From Candidatus Thalassarchaeaceae archaeon (GTDB taxonomy: Archaea > Thermoplasmatota > Poseidoniia > Poseidoniales > Thalassarchaeaceae), in contig JASLKT010000003.1 in assembly GCA_030747395.1 (NCBI GenBank), positions 1-55,086 of the forward strand: a stretch of DNA of 55,086 nt, given 5' to 3'. Position 1 is the stretch's first letter, and every line of letters starts with the position of its first letter. Position numbers and translations under genes: made by a program. Of the stretch, positions 9,326-18,464 are shown piece after piece. The notes under the pieces are model-generated. The model was not told where the DNA came from. It did not search any database and saw nothing but the letters and a program-made list of their open reading frames with translations.

Positions 9326-10165
9326 ATGAAAGAGGCGGCAGAGAATACAACAGGAAGCACATTAGGTGCAACTGGAAGTCGCGCCGACATGGAGCCGCCC
9401 TTTCGCAATGGATTGAAAGAGCGAGGCCGTGAAATAAAGGTCAGTCGTTGGGTTTTGGGCATTGCTGGATTCTATTGTATCTCGATGTTTTTGGTACCAT
9501 TCATGATGCCCACGGGTTCTGTTCCAGAACTGTCGGGTCGAGCGAATATGATGGATTATTCATCTGAAGGATCATGGGGGAACCATGACCATGTGGAAGA
9601 CGGTGAAATGGGCCATAATCAAAGCGCCCACGGAGGGACATTCGCGTGGTCAGAATTGAATCCGTACTATGCTTTCGTCTATGCTTTTGGAGATTTGAAC
9701 TGTCATCAGAAACACGAACGTTCGTGGACGATTAACGGCAACCAGATGCCTGTTTGTGCTCGCGATGTGGGAATCTTTCTCGGACTTGCTCTCGGCGGAT
9801 GGTGGTTCTCAAGGCGAGGATTGAATCGATGGACCATACGCGATTCCTTCTTGACTCTCTTTCCCGATTCGATGATTGCCCCACTCTACACGAGCGATCG
9901 GAGATTATCTGCAATGTTTGGTACTGGTATTCTGTTTTGTTTACCCGTCGTCCTCGATGGAGGAATCCAAGCAATTAGCGCATACGAATCAGTCAACCCA
10001 GTTCGAATCCTCACCGGAATTCCGTTCGGCTTCATCATCGGCTGGTACTTGTGTGCAAGTCTGTCATCTAGACCCGAGAAATTTGGTTTTGAAGCCGCTG
10101 ATGTTCAACTTCCAGCGGGTGCCCGTTTGTCAACTGCAGAGAATACTTCGGATGAAAGTGAATGA
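9326..10165 (+). CDS. DUF2085-family membrane protein
   Basis: FGDLNCHQKHERSWTINGNQMPVCARDVGIFLGLALG matches the CHQ...ERS...CARC/D..G pattern of DUF2085. The start is ATG 9326 or GTG 9311 (ORF track). Confidence 0.6.
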   Translation: MKEAAENTTGSTLGATGSRADMEPPFRNGLKERGREIKVSRWVLGIAGFYCISMFLVPFMMPTGSVPELSGRANMMDYSSEGSWGNHDHVEDGEMGHNQSAHGGTFAWSELNPYYAFVYAFGDLNCHQKHERSWTINGNQMPVCARDVGIFLGLALGGWWFSRRGLNRWTIRDSFLTLFPDSMIAPLYTSDRRLSAMFGTGILFCLPVVLDGGIQAISAYESVNPVRILTGIPFGFIIGWYLCASLSSRPEKFGFEAADVQLPAGARLSTAENTSDESE

Positions 10166-11506
10166 TTAAACAGCACCATTTTGCCACCAAGTGAGAAGTT
10201 CTTCTCGGGTGCTTGGCGGAGACACGTCTGCTTTACCCGAGCCCAGAATGGCCAATCGAGAAATGCAGGAATCTACAGCATTTGGGTGTGATTGCAATGT
10301 GGCGCTGAGACCATGTTTCCAAGAAGAGCCAGGATGCGTACGGCGCCATTCCGAAAGGGCTTCTTTCAACGGCCACAGTGCAATTCCGATTCGACCAAAA
10401 GCTTGCCAATCAGATCGCAATTCGGAACGAGAAGCGTCACTGCCAACAAGTGAACGATACACACGAACCCAGCCCGATTGTTCGTGGAAAATTTTCACCA
10501 TCCGTCGCGTATGGCGTTCAGTCACCATTCGAACCGGACCCAGCCATGCTCGTAATTCATGAATCTCGACACTCGGGAGCAGCGAAAGAGTACCGACAAT
10601 AGCCAACACGGGATGGCTCAATGGGTCGCTTGGGGCGTCTAGTCTAGAAGGTGCATCAGAGTCCTGAATCGCATCGATGTACATCTTGGTAGAATCGCGC
10701 ACTATTTCCCACGGCTTGCGAGAATCAAGCCAATCCAAGTTACTCCGAGCAGGGCGAGATTCAACGACATCCAAGGTGGTTTGGCCTCGTTGTGAAACCA
10801 ATGCCTTCCCCAACATGTGCAGTTCCACTTCTTCTGTTGAGACGTTCAGAGGCGTTGGACGCTCATGAAGAAATCGTCTAATTTCAAATTGCAACTTCTT
10901 GCGTAAATCATCTTTCGAGCCATCATTGACAATTGGTCCTACAACGCGCCCCAAATCAAAGGGTGTAGGCATCGGAACAACACCACCCAACAAGTCATGA
11001 TATCCCTGACGGATTTGTTTCTGATATTCATTGGTCTCAAAATATTCGGATTTATCTAAAGTGACTCGTAGTGTATCGTGTTCAATTCGGCGTAACGCAG
11101 CATCCGGATCACAATCCACCCAAATGCAAAGGTCTGGAATCATGGCCGCTGCATTCATTCGTGCAACTTCTTCGATTCCCAGATCGCCAACCACGCCTTG
11201 GTAAACCAAAGACGAGTGGACATTGCGTTCACTGACAATCGCTCGTCCTTGTCCCAATCGTGGACGTATCCAAGTGTGTGAATGATCCATTCGATCCGCT
11301 GCAAAATATACAGCCTCGCGAGTTGGGCCGGCATCCCCAGTACGAACTGCTTCGACCGCCAGCAAGCCGAGTTCGGCATCTCTGCGTGGTTCGGCGGTCA
11401 CATCGACGCCAGAGAAGGTGAATTCTTTTTGCAAAATTTCGGATATCATCTTCGTGGCCAAGCCTTTGCCTGAGCCGTCGCCGCCCTCTACGGTAATCAG
11501 GTACAT
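10166..11506 (-). CDS. tmk: Thymidylate kinase fused to a ~230-aa C-terminal domain of unknown function
   Basis: N-terminus MYLITVEGGDGSGKG (P-loop), DRMDHS, and ERNVHSSLVYQG match dTMP kinase. About aa 215-446 have no motif I recognise. Confidence 0.75.
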   Translation of the reverse strand: MYLITVEGGDGSGKGLATKMISEILQKEFTFSGVDVTAEPRRDAELGLLAVEAVRTGDAGPTREAVYFAADRMDHSHTWIRPRLGQGRAIVSERNVHSSLVYQGVVGDLGIEEVARMNAAAMIPDLCIWVDCDPDAALRRIEHDTLRVTLDKSEYFETNEYQKQIRQGYHDLLGGVVPMPTPFDLGRVVGPIVNDGSKDDLRKKLQFEIRRFLHERPTPLNVSTEEVELHMLGKALVSQRGQTTLDVVESRPARSNLDWLDSRKPWEIVRDSTKMYIDAIQDSDAPSRLDAPSDPLSHPVLAIVGTLSLLPSVEIHELRAWLGPVRMVTERHTRRMVKIFHEQSGWVRVYRSLVGSDASRSELRSDWQAFGRIGIALWPLKEALSEWRRTHPGSSWKHGLSATLQSHPNAVDSCISRLAILGSGKADVSPPSTREELLTWWQNGAV

Positions 11507-11515
11507 CTTCGCACC

Positions 11516-12301
11516 TCAATCCTCGTCTTCTTCAAAATCTTCGAACTGGCGCTTGGTTGCAGATAGCATCCCCATACCCACCAATATCAACATGGGTCCG
11601 ATGAAAATCCCACCACGGCTGAACAAGGCAATACCGCAAAGATACTGTGTCCGACGGTAGCGCTTTCCACGTCTGGCTTCCGCCGCACCTGCAAGACCAA
11701 AGAGGGCGGAAATCACGGTCAACGATGCGACAACCGATGCGAGTAATACGGCGCTCTCTAGATGGGAATCACGGCGCAAATCTTCTTCGATGACACCCTC
11801 CCCAGGTGTTAGAGTTAGGGAAAGATCAGCCTGATCACCGGGATTGAATGTAATGCGGAGTGTTTTGTTTCCAGAATGTGCGACCTTGAGCACGTATGAT
11901 TCGTCTTGAGGGACATCCATCATTGAAAATCTCCCGTCTCTATTGGTGTAAGCACTGTAACTGGTAGGCTCGTCATCAATATTCAGCAGTATAACTTGTA
12001 TGCCCTCAATTGGATCCCCGCCAGTGAGGTTTGCCTCATCGACTGCAGACAAAATTTGGCCGTTGACTGTCGCGGTACTTTGATCGATAAACAGTGGGTT
12101 TTCGAGGATGTCTTGGGGGTCGGCTGCAAACAGCAAGGCACCGAACCATAGACCCATGAGTGAACCGGCAATAATCAAACCAACCGCGACATTTCCAGAC
12201 CACTCCATTGCGTCTTCCTGAGAACCGCGTCGGGCCGCAGCTTCAACTTCATCATCCATATTCAATCGGACTACGAGGTCCTCATCATCGCTCAAACTCA
12301 A
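11516..12301 (-). CDS. Membrane protein with a carboxypeptidase-regulatory-like (CarboxypepD_reg) beta-sandwich domain
   Basis: VNGQILSAVD...IEGIQVILLNIDDEPTSYSAYTNRDGRFSMMDVPQDESYVLKV. TM helices flank the domain. The TTG start overlaps the upstream stop; an alternative ATG is at 12259. Confidence 0.6.
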   Translation of the reverse strand: MSLSDDEDLVVRLNMDDEVEAAARRGSQEDAMEWSGNVAVGLIIAGSLMGLWFGALLFAADPQDILENPLFIDQSTATVNGQILSAVDEANLTGGDPIEGIQVILLNIDDEPTSYSAYTNRDGRFSMMDVPQDESYVLKVAHSGNKTLRITFNPGDQADLSLTLTPGEGVIEEDLRRDSHLESAVLLASVVASLTVISALFGLAGAAEARRGKRYRRTQYLCGIALFSRGGIFIGPMLILVGMGMLSATKRQFEDFEEDED

Positions 12302-13257
12302 GGCCCCCCATTGCGTGGGTTACGCCCGCCGTCCTTCAAGTTCATGGCCATTAGAATCACTACGGTGGCTAGCACGATGGCTAGAATGATTTCCGAATAA
12401 ACGGAATTGACTGCGTTCGCTGAAGATTCGGGGGTTTCAATTTCTGGTTCTGGCTCTGGAAGTGGAGGACTCTCAGGGACTGTGAATGTCACATTGTACA
12501 TTTTTGACCAATACTTCCCCGTAATCCACAGGGATTGTGTTGTAGAATCAAATGCGATTCCGTTCAGAACCTCACCGTTGTCAGGTTTCAAACCACTCGC
12601 ATCAATATGTTCGACTACCACGCCTGAAACCAAATCGATGGTCACAATCTCCTCGGTCTGGTAGATGTTTGCCATCAACAATCCATTCACCATTTCAAGT
12701 TCGTTGATCCGAGTGAGAGATTCATTGTTCAGGGTGACGTTGAGCGTGGATTCCAATTCGAATGTCGACGCGTTTCGGAATTGCAAAACATCCGAACCAT
12801 CTGACATGATGATGTGGGTGCCATCGTATGCCAATCCCCAACCTTCGCCATCATAGGAATAATTCGTGATAATCTCAAACGTATCCATATCGTAGCGATG
12901 GGCGATCCCCTCTCGCCATGTTAGTTGGATGATTTCATCTCCAACAAATGTCATTCCCTCTCCAAATTCCCCCGATGAGATGTTGACAGAACGAATGACT
13001 TCACCTGTCGATAGATTCACTTCTCGAAGTGTCGAATTTCCATATTTCCCCGTCGATTCAAACAAACGTCCTTCGTAAAATTCCAAACCTTGCGTATATG
13101 CGGTCGAATCATGCGAAACATTGTCATGTTCAACCACCACATAAGATTCCGCACGAACATACGCTGATTCGTCATCCTGAGCCCCAATAATTGGGATGGA
13201 AGAGAGTAAAAATAGGGTGCTAAACAAGACCGCTAGTGCACCCCGCGCCCCGAGCAT
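12298..13257 (-). CDS. Glutaminyl-peptide cyclotransferase (beta-propeller bacterial/plant type), secreted with C-terminal TM anchor
   Basis: YTQGLEFYEGRLFESTGKYGNSTLREVNLSTGEV is the family signature. It has an N-terminal signal peptide and a C-terminal helix IILAIVLATVVILMAM. Start moved to ATG 13257 (ORF track: GTG 13275). Confidence 0.8.
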   Translation of the reverse strand: MLGARGALAVLFSTLFLLSSIPIIGAQDDESAYVRAESYVVVEHDNVSHDSTAYTQGLEFYEGRLFESTGKYGNSTLREVNLSTGEVIRSVNISSGEFGEGMTFVGDEIIQLTWREGIAHRYDMDTFEIITNYSYDGEGWGLAYDGTHIIMSDGSDVLQFRNASTFELESTLNVTLNNESLTRINELEMVNGLLMANIYQTEEIVTIDLVSGVVVEHIDASGLKPDNGEVLNGIAFDSTTQSLWITGKYWSKMYNVTFTVPESPPLPEPEPEIETPESSANAVNSVYSEIILAIVLATVVILMAMNLKDGGRNPRNGGP

Positions 13258-13311
13258 GTATGAACAATGCTCCACCTTGTGTTAAATACCTGCTCGGGTC
13301 AAAGTCAACGC

Positions 13312-13328
13312 GGAACACGTAGTGTTCC
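13312..13328. promoter_or_regulatory. Perfect palindrome GGAACAC-GTA-GTGTTCC, 14 nt upstream of the 13343 ATG
   Basis: Read directly: 7-bp arms, 3-nt centre GTA. Confidence 0.5.
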
Positions 13329-13342
13329 CGTGAGGTGACTTC

Positions 13343-16300
13343 ATGTCCGCTGGCAACCGCTCCCAAAGTCTATTCTTGGTTTCACTGATGATTCTGGCCT
13401 CTTGGGTCCCCTTTGCTGCTGCAACAGATGGTGATTCCGACCAAAGTTCGACCTTTGAGGGGGGGCTATTCTACGATCTTGACGATTTTGATCCAATGGT
13501 CAATGGGAAGCCTTACCTTTTCGCAGGCGGAGAGGATGAACTCATCTTCAGTGCTACTCGACACCTCAAGCAGCAATGGGCAGATGATGGATATCCTGGA
13601 CTGGTAATGCCTTTTGAGGAAACCAGCACGAGTGCAAGAACATCTGGGCGTGCTTGCGAGAATGCATGGACCGCTGGACAAACTGGAACGGTGCAAACAA
13701 CTGGAGGGCAAATTCAGATTTCGGCAATGCATGTGACTGCAAATTCGGCCATCCTCATCGAAAATGGGCAATCGGTCTCATCGACGACATTGAACAACAT
13801 TGGTTCAACTTGGGAAACCACCATTTATCCAACCAATACGAATTATTTCGGCAATGCGCCAGATGTGGACAACAATTGCCAGATTGAGATTGTCATTTAT
13901 GCGATTGACGGAGGAGCAAATATTGGTGGTTACTTCATGCCAAGTATGTCCGCAACACGTGAAATCATCTATGTTGACATCGATGATTTGTCTTGGCGAA
14001 ATACGATTTTGGCTCACGAATTTGAGCACCTACTCCACAATGCTCGAGATCCGTTCGAATACATCTGGGTTGACGAAGGAAATGCAGACATGGCTGCTTT
14101 CCTCTGCTTTGGTGCATCCAATACAATCATCGGACACGCCAATCAATGGACTCAGAATGCGAGCGCTTCTGTTCGCTGGTGGAATCAGCGTCTTGCCGAT
14201 TACGGGGCAGGTTTCATGTTCATGCTCTTCCTAGCTGACAACCTCGGTGGTGGCTCAGCCATTCGGCAATTGGTCACAGATACGTTGACCGGTGGACAAG
14301 GTATTGTTGATTTGGCCCAAACATTAGGGCCAGGGGCGACTCCGATTGGCACTACGATGTCTGATATTTTTGCGAACTTTACCGCATCAGTTACCCTCGA
14401 CCATGGCACGCAAGCCGAATTTGGACTCGACAATATCGACATGTACGAAACCTGCGGCAGCAACCAATTCTGTAGACTCCAACTTTCAGGTTCAAATCTA
14501 AACTGGGGTTCAATGTGGCAAAGTGGTCCACATGACCTCGAAGGTTGGGGCGTTCATGCGTTCAGATTCTTGGATGGAACAGGTTCGCCATTGAACCTCA
14601 TGATTCAGCCCAGTGAACTGGGCTTTGCAGGAACCATATTGACACATGATGCTGCAGCTGGAACTTGGTCGATGGAGCGATTGCGCTTTGACCCATTAAC
14701 AGGAATTGGAACGGCATTGGTCCCTAGTTTTGGTAACATCACAGATGATGTTTACCTCATCGTTTGGTACGAAAGTGGAGTCGATGATTGTGATTACACC
14801 AGTCCAAATTGTGCCTTCCCTGGAGGCACTGAATATCCAATCGCTTCTTTCGATGTGATGGCCGGACTCATCACTCAGCCAGCTGAAATAACAGTCTCAC
14901 AAGAATTCACGACCGATCGTGACGAGGATGGGGATGTCGACACCGTCGAAGCCACCATTGATGTGACTTCATCTGCATTCTACGAAGTTCTTGATATCGA
15001 AGTCAAGGCTTACGACAACAACACCCTGCATGATACAATGGAATTCTCTCTTGAGGCGGGCAATAGTATCCCTGTCAATCAGACGATTTGGTATACACCC
15101 CCTTGGGATGGTGATTGGACGCTGCATTTCACAATGAAAAACCAAATCGGGGAAATTGTTGATGAAGCCCTGACTCTACCTCTCACATTGGCAAACATGG
15201 CACCGGTTGCCGTAGGAAGTGCTGCTGCGAATGCAACCCAAACTTGGTTGCCATTGCAATTCTTCGGCGCGGGCTACGACCTTTGGGGCTTGGGAATGGA
15301 CAATGAGTCATTTTCTCACAACGAAACTCCTGTGGGCTACAATTGGAATTTCGGCGATGGACTATCGGGCTCTGGCCTCAAGGACCCCACTCGTTCTTGG
15401 CAGAATCCGGGTATGTACAATGTGACGCTCACTGTCGTCGATCAAGGAGGCGGTGTTAGTGATATCCAAACTTGGGAAATCAGTGTCAATGACACAGAAC
15501 CACCCACCCCTCGAATCGATGTGGGTTCGCCACCTGTTGCGATATCCGACCCGTATACACTCCTCACATCACAGCGAGTGCAATTCTCAGCCGCTAGAAG
15601 TGAGGACAATGTCCCACTCAACCAACTGACATTTACATGGGACTTTGGTGATGGAACCATCCTGAGTGGCCAAGGCCTCTACGATGTATCCCATGAATGG
15701 GCTACTGGTTCTGCAAATGGGACAGCATACAACCTCACGTTGTCTATCGATGATGGCACACATACGGCGAATATGTCGGTGACCATTTTGATTATGAATC
15801 GTGTACCTCGTCAGGTTTGGTTTGACGATTTGCAAACGTCAACACTAACTCCATTAAATCTGCCAACCATGTTTACCGATGATGATGGTACAATCGTAGC
15901 CACCGAATGGTGGTTTGATGAGAATGTCAATTTCGACGGGGGCATTGTGACAATGTCTTCGCCCTTTTTGAATAACCATTCAACGGATGCAAACCCGTTA
16001 CCTGCTTGGAAAACGCCAGGTTGGAAGAACATCCAAATCTACGCAACAGATGATGCGGGCAACGTCAGTTGGGCTGTGCTGCAAGTTGAAGTTCTCAACC
16101 AACGACCTGTTGCAATTTTCCCACGACCCGATGATGGCTCAACCGATTCGATGTACACGTTCCTATCCTCCTCATTTGATCCCGATGGCAATTCAGGAAA
16201 CATGAGTCACAATTGGACCATTACAGGAATAGAAGAACACATCACAAACAATCAGGTCAATCACATGTTCACTGAACCCGGTGTCTACACGGTTACCTTG

Positions 16301-17491
16301 GTGGTAACCGATGAAAGAGGAATGGATTCACTCCCTAAGAGTTACACAATCCACATCGCCAATCCACTCCCAATGCCCGTTCTATCCGCACATGAAGCGT
16401 GGTTGAATGGGACTGTTGTAACGGTACCTGGGTCTGATTTATCAGTCTACAATTGGCGACGGACATTTACCGATTCAGGTGATATTTTCGTTGCACCGGG
16501 GACTGTTTTGAGATTCTCTTCTGATGGCTCACGCGACATGGATTCAGCCTTTGAAGGGATGTTTAATCCAGATCAAGGAGCGACTGATTGGAATGGAATT
16601 GTCGACACCACATGGGATTGGGGAGATGCATCTCCACCATCGCACGAAAACGATGCATGGCATATTTTTGAGCAACCTGGATATTACACTGTGACTCTGA
16701 CCGTCAGAGATGGTTATGGTACAGGTGATAGCAATTCAACAAGTATTGGCATTTGGGTTTCAAGTGCACCATTCATCTATTCAGACCACGTTATTGGAGA
16801 TGGTACGGCTTTCAGTGGATATTTGAACATCATTGAGGCCTATGCAACCGATGTCGACATGGAAGCTGGAATGGTGGCTTGGCGTGACGATGATGCCACG
16901 ACTGATAGTGACAATGATGGCACGCCTGACAATGATCAAGACACACCACTCAACACACTACTCACCTACTGGTGGGATTTAGATGACAGTGTGGATGAAG
17001 ATGGAAATGGCAATTTCAATGATGATTGGTCGACCAATCCAAATGTTCGGGAAGGACGAGGAAATGATGCGCAGTGGAATGAATCTGGCGAATATGTCAT
17101 TCGATTGAAGGTCTGTGACGATACTGGAGTTTGCACAATTGAAACCTATGAGGTGATTGTTCGAGATCCCGATGCATCTTCTGATGCACTAGGTGATTTG
17201 TCGTGGAAGGATTTACTCCCTTCAACCGATTCTGGAAGTTTGTATATCATCATCCTCATCGCACTTGTTCTAACTCTAGGATGGTTGGTCATGCGAGAGC
17301 CAGAAGAAATCGAAGTCGAGGCCGAGCACGCTGCCAGCACTTACGATGTTACAGAAGTCCATACAGAAGGTGGAATCTTGGGCATGGACCAGCACGCCCC
17401 ACCTCCCAAACCAACTCATTTGACCAAGGAAGACCGGCGCAGCAAGGATTCAGGTTATGTGCGGCCTGTGACCAGCAGACGTCGGCGGTGA
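13343..17491 (+). CDS. Giant secreted zinc-metalloprotease-like protein with multiple PKD-type repeats and C-terminal TM anchor (1382 aa)
   Basis: Signal peptide, then HExxH in ILAHEFEHLLHNARDP followed by VDEGNADM (M6/MA-clan-like). Repeated WNFGDG/WDFGDG...YNVTLTV PKD signatures. TM YIIILIALVLTLGWLV plus a basic tail. Confidence 0.8.
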   Translation: MSAGNRSQSLFLVSLMILASWVPFAAATDGDSDQSSTFEGGLFYDLDDFDPMVNGKPYLFAGGEDELIFSATRHLKQQWADDGYPGLVMPFEETSTSARTSGRACENAWTAGQTGTVQTTGGQIQISAMHVTANSAILIENGQSVSSTTLNNIGSTWETTIYPTNTNYFGNAPDVDNNCQIEIVIYAIDGGANIGGYFMPSMSATREIIYVDIDDLSWRNTILAHEFEHLLHNARDPFEYIWVDEGNADMAAFLCFGASNTIIGHANQWTQNASASVRWWNQRLADYGAGFMFMLFLADNLGGGSAIRQLVTDTLTGGQGIVDLAQTLGPGATPIGTTMSDIFANFTASVTLDHGTQAEFGLDNIDMYETCGSNQFCRLQLSGSNLNWGSMWQSGPHDLEGWGVHAFRFLDGTGSPLNLMIQPSELGFAGTILTHDAAAGTWSMERLRFDPLTGIGTALVPSFGNITDDVYLIVWYESGVDDCDYTSPNCAFPGGTEYPIASFDVMAGLITQPAEITVSQEFTTDRDEDGDVDTVEATIDVTSSAFYEVLDIEVKAYDNNTLHDTMEFSLEAGNSIPVNQTIWYTPPWDGDWTLHFTMKNQIGEIVDEALTLPLTLANMAPVAVGSAAANATQTWLPLQFFGAGYDLWGLGMDNESFSHNETPVGYNWNFGDGLSGSGLKDPTRSWQNPGMYNVTLTVVDQGGGVSDIQTWEISVNDTEPPTPRIDVGSPPVAISDPYTLLTSQRVQFSAARSEDNVPLNQLTFTWDFGDGTILSGQGLYDVSHEWATGSANGTAYNLTLSIDDGTHTANMSVTILIMNRVPRQVWFDDLQTSTLTPLNLPTMFTDDDGTIVATEWWFDENVNFDGGIVTMSSPFLNNHSTDANPLPAWKTPGWKNIQIYATDDAGNVSWAVLQVEVLNQRPVAIFPRPDDGSTDSMYTFLSSSFDPDGNSGNMSHNWTITGIEEHITNNQVNHMFTEPGVYTVTLVVTDERGMDSLPKSYTIHIANPLPMPVLSAHEAWLNGTVVTVPGSDLSVYNWRRTFTDSGDIFVAPGTVLRFSSDGSRDMDSAFEGMFNPDQGATDWNGIVDTTWDWGDASPPSHENDAWHIFEQPGYYTVTLTVRDGYGTGDSNSTSIGIWVSSAPFIYSDHVIGDGTAFSGYLNIIEAYATDVDMEAGMVAWRDDDATTDSDNDGTPDNDQDTPLNTLLTYWWDLDDSVDEDGNGNFNDDWSTNPNVREGRGNDAQWNESGEYVIRLKVCDDTGVCTIETYEVIVRDPDASSDALGDLSWKDLLPSTDSGSLYIIILIALVLTLGWLVMREPEEIEVEAEHAASTYDVTEVHTEGGILGMDQHAPPPKPTHLTKEDRRSKDSGYVRPVTSRRRR

Positions 17492-17495
17492 GTGC

Positions 17496-18464
17496 ATGAC
17501 TGGTAAGAGGCGACTCAGTACATCTGTTACTGTTGCAATGCTCCTCTTGCCTCTACTCACCTTGATTTCATACGAAACTGGAATCGAAATGGCACCCATT
17601 GCTTCTGCTCAAGACCCCCCTACCTGCAAAGCTGGAATGTCAATTGACGAATGGTCTGTTGAACAATTCAATATGAACGGTAGTGGATACTATGGTGAAG
17701 AGGAGCGGTGGTATGGGGATGTGTCCTCTGGCCCGACATACCACATATCAGAATTGTGCCCCCTCCGAACGACGTTTAGCACCTCATTTGTACTCAACAA
17801 TGACTCTGCTGTTGGTCTTCGGCTACACCTCACAACAGGTTGGAAATATACCGTTTCAGTCAACCTACAGCCGCTAACCGAATCAGATCAAAATCCGCCG
17901 CTCGCAGATGTCTATTTACTCCAAGAGGATGACTTTTCACAGTACCAATTTGATTTTGATTCACGTCACAACGAGTGGGATGGGATGCGTGATGAGATTG
18001 CTCATTCTGCACCTTGGTTGCAGAACTTGATCATTTGGAAACCATTCAGAGATGTCCATTCATACGAAAAATTGGATGAGGTTGATTTTGCTGTAGCACT
18101 CGATCACGAGGAGAGAAGTTATTCGATTTGGGATGATGTCTCTGAAGTCAAAGAAATGTTTCTTCTTGTCGAATCATGGGACAACATTCGTGATTATGAT
18201 GCCAAATTACAGAACTCAAACTTCAGTGTCGATGTGACAATTCTGGTTGAGGAACGATTTTCTCTTCCAAATTGGACTGTTTCCATGGTCTGTTGTGGAG
18301 GGTTACTGGGAATTCTCGCAGCACCTTTCCTCGTACATCATCGATACATGAAGGCGGGATTAGAGGCTGTTGAATCCGGTGGAGGGGATATGATGCCACA
18401 CCTCGATACGGCCCCAGAGAGAGCACCGGCGGCACCGAGTTTGCCTTCGCCGCCCGAAGGGTGA
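17496..18464 (+). CDS. Secreted, C-terminally membrane-anchored protein of unknown function
   Basis: Lies 4 nt after the protease gene stop. Has a signal peptide (possible cleavage ASA/QD) and a C-terminal helix CCGGLLGILAAPFLV. Confidence 0.6.
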   Translation: MTGKRRLSTSVTVAMLLLPLLTLISYETGIEMAPIASAQDPPTCKAGMSIDEWSVEQFNMNGSGYYGEEERWYGDVSSGPTYHISELCPLRTTFSTSFVLNNDSAVGLRLHLTTGWKYTVSVNLQPLTESDQNPPLADVYLLQEDDFSQYQFDFDSRHNEWDGMRDEIAHSAPWLQNLIIWKPFRDVHSYEKLDEVDFAVALDHEERSYSIWDDVSEVKEMFLLVESWDNIRDYDAKLQNSNFSVDVTILVEERFSLPNWTVSMVCCGGLLGILAAPFLVHHRYMKAGLEAVESGGGDMMPHLDTAPERAPAAPSLPSPPEG

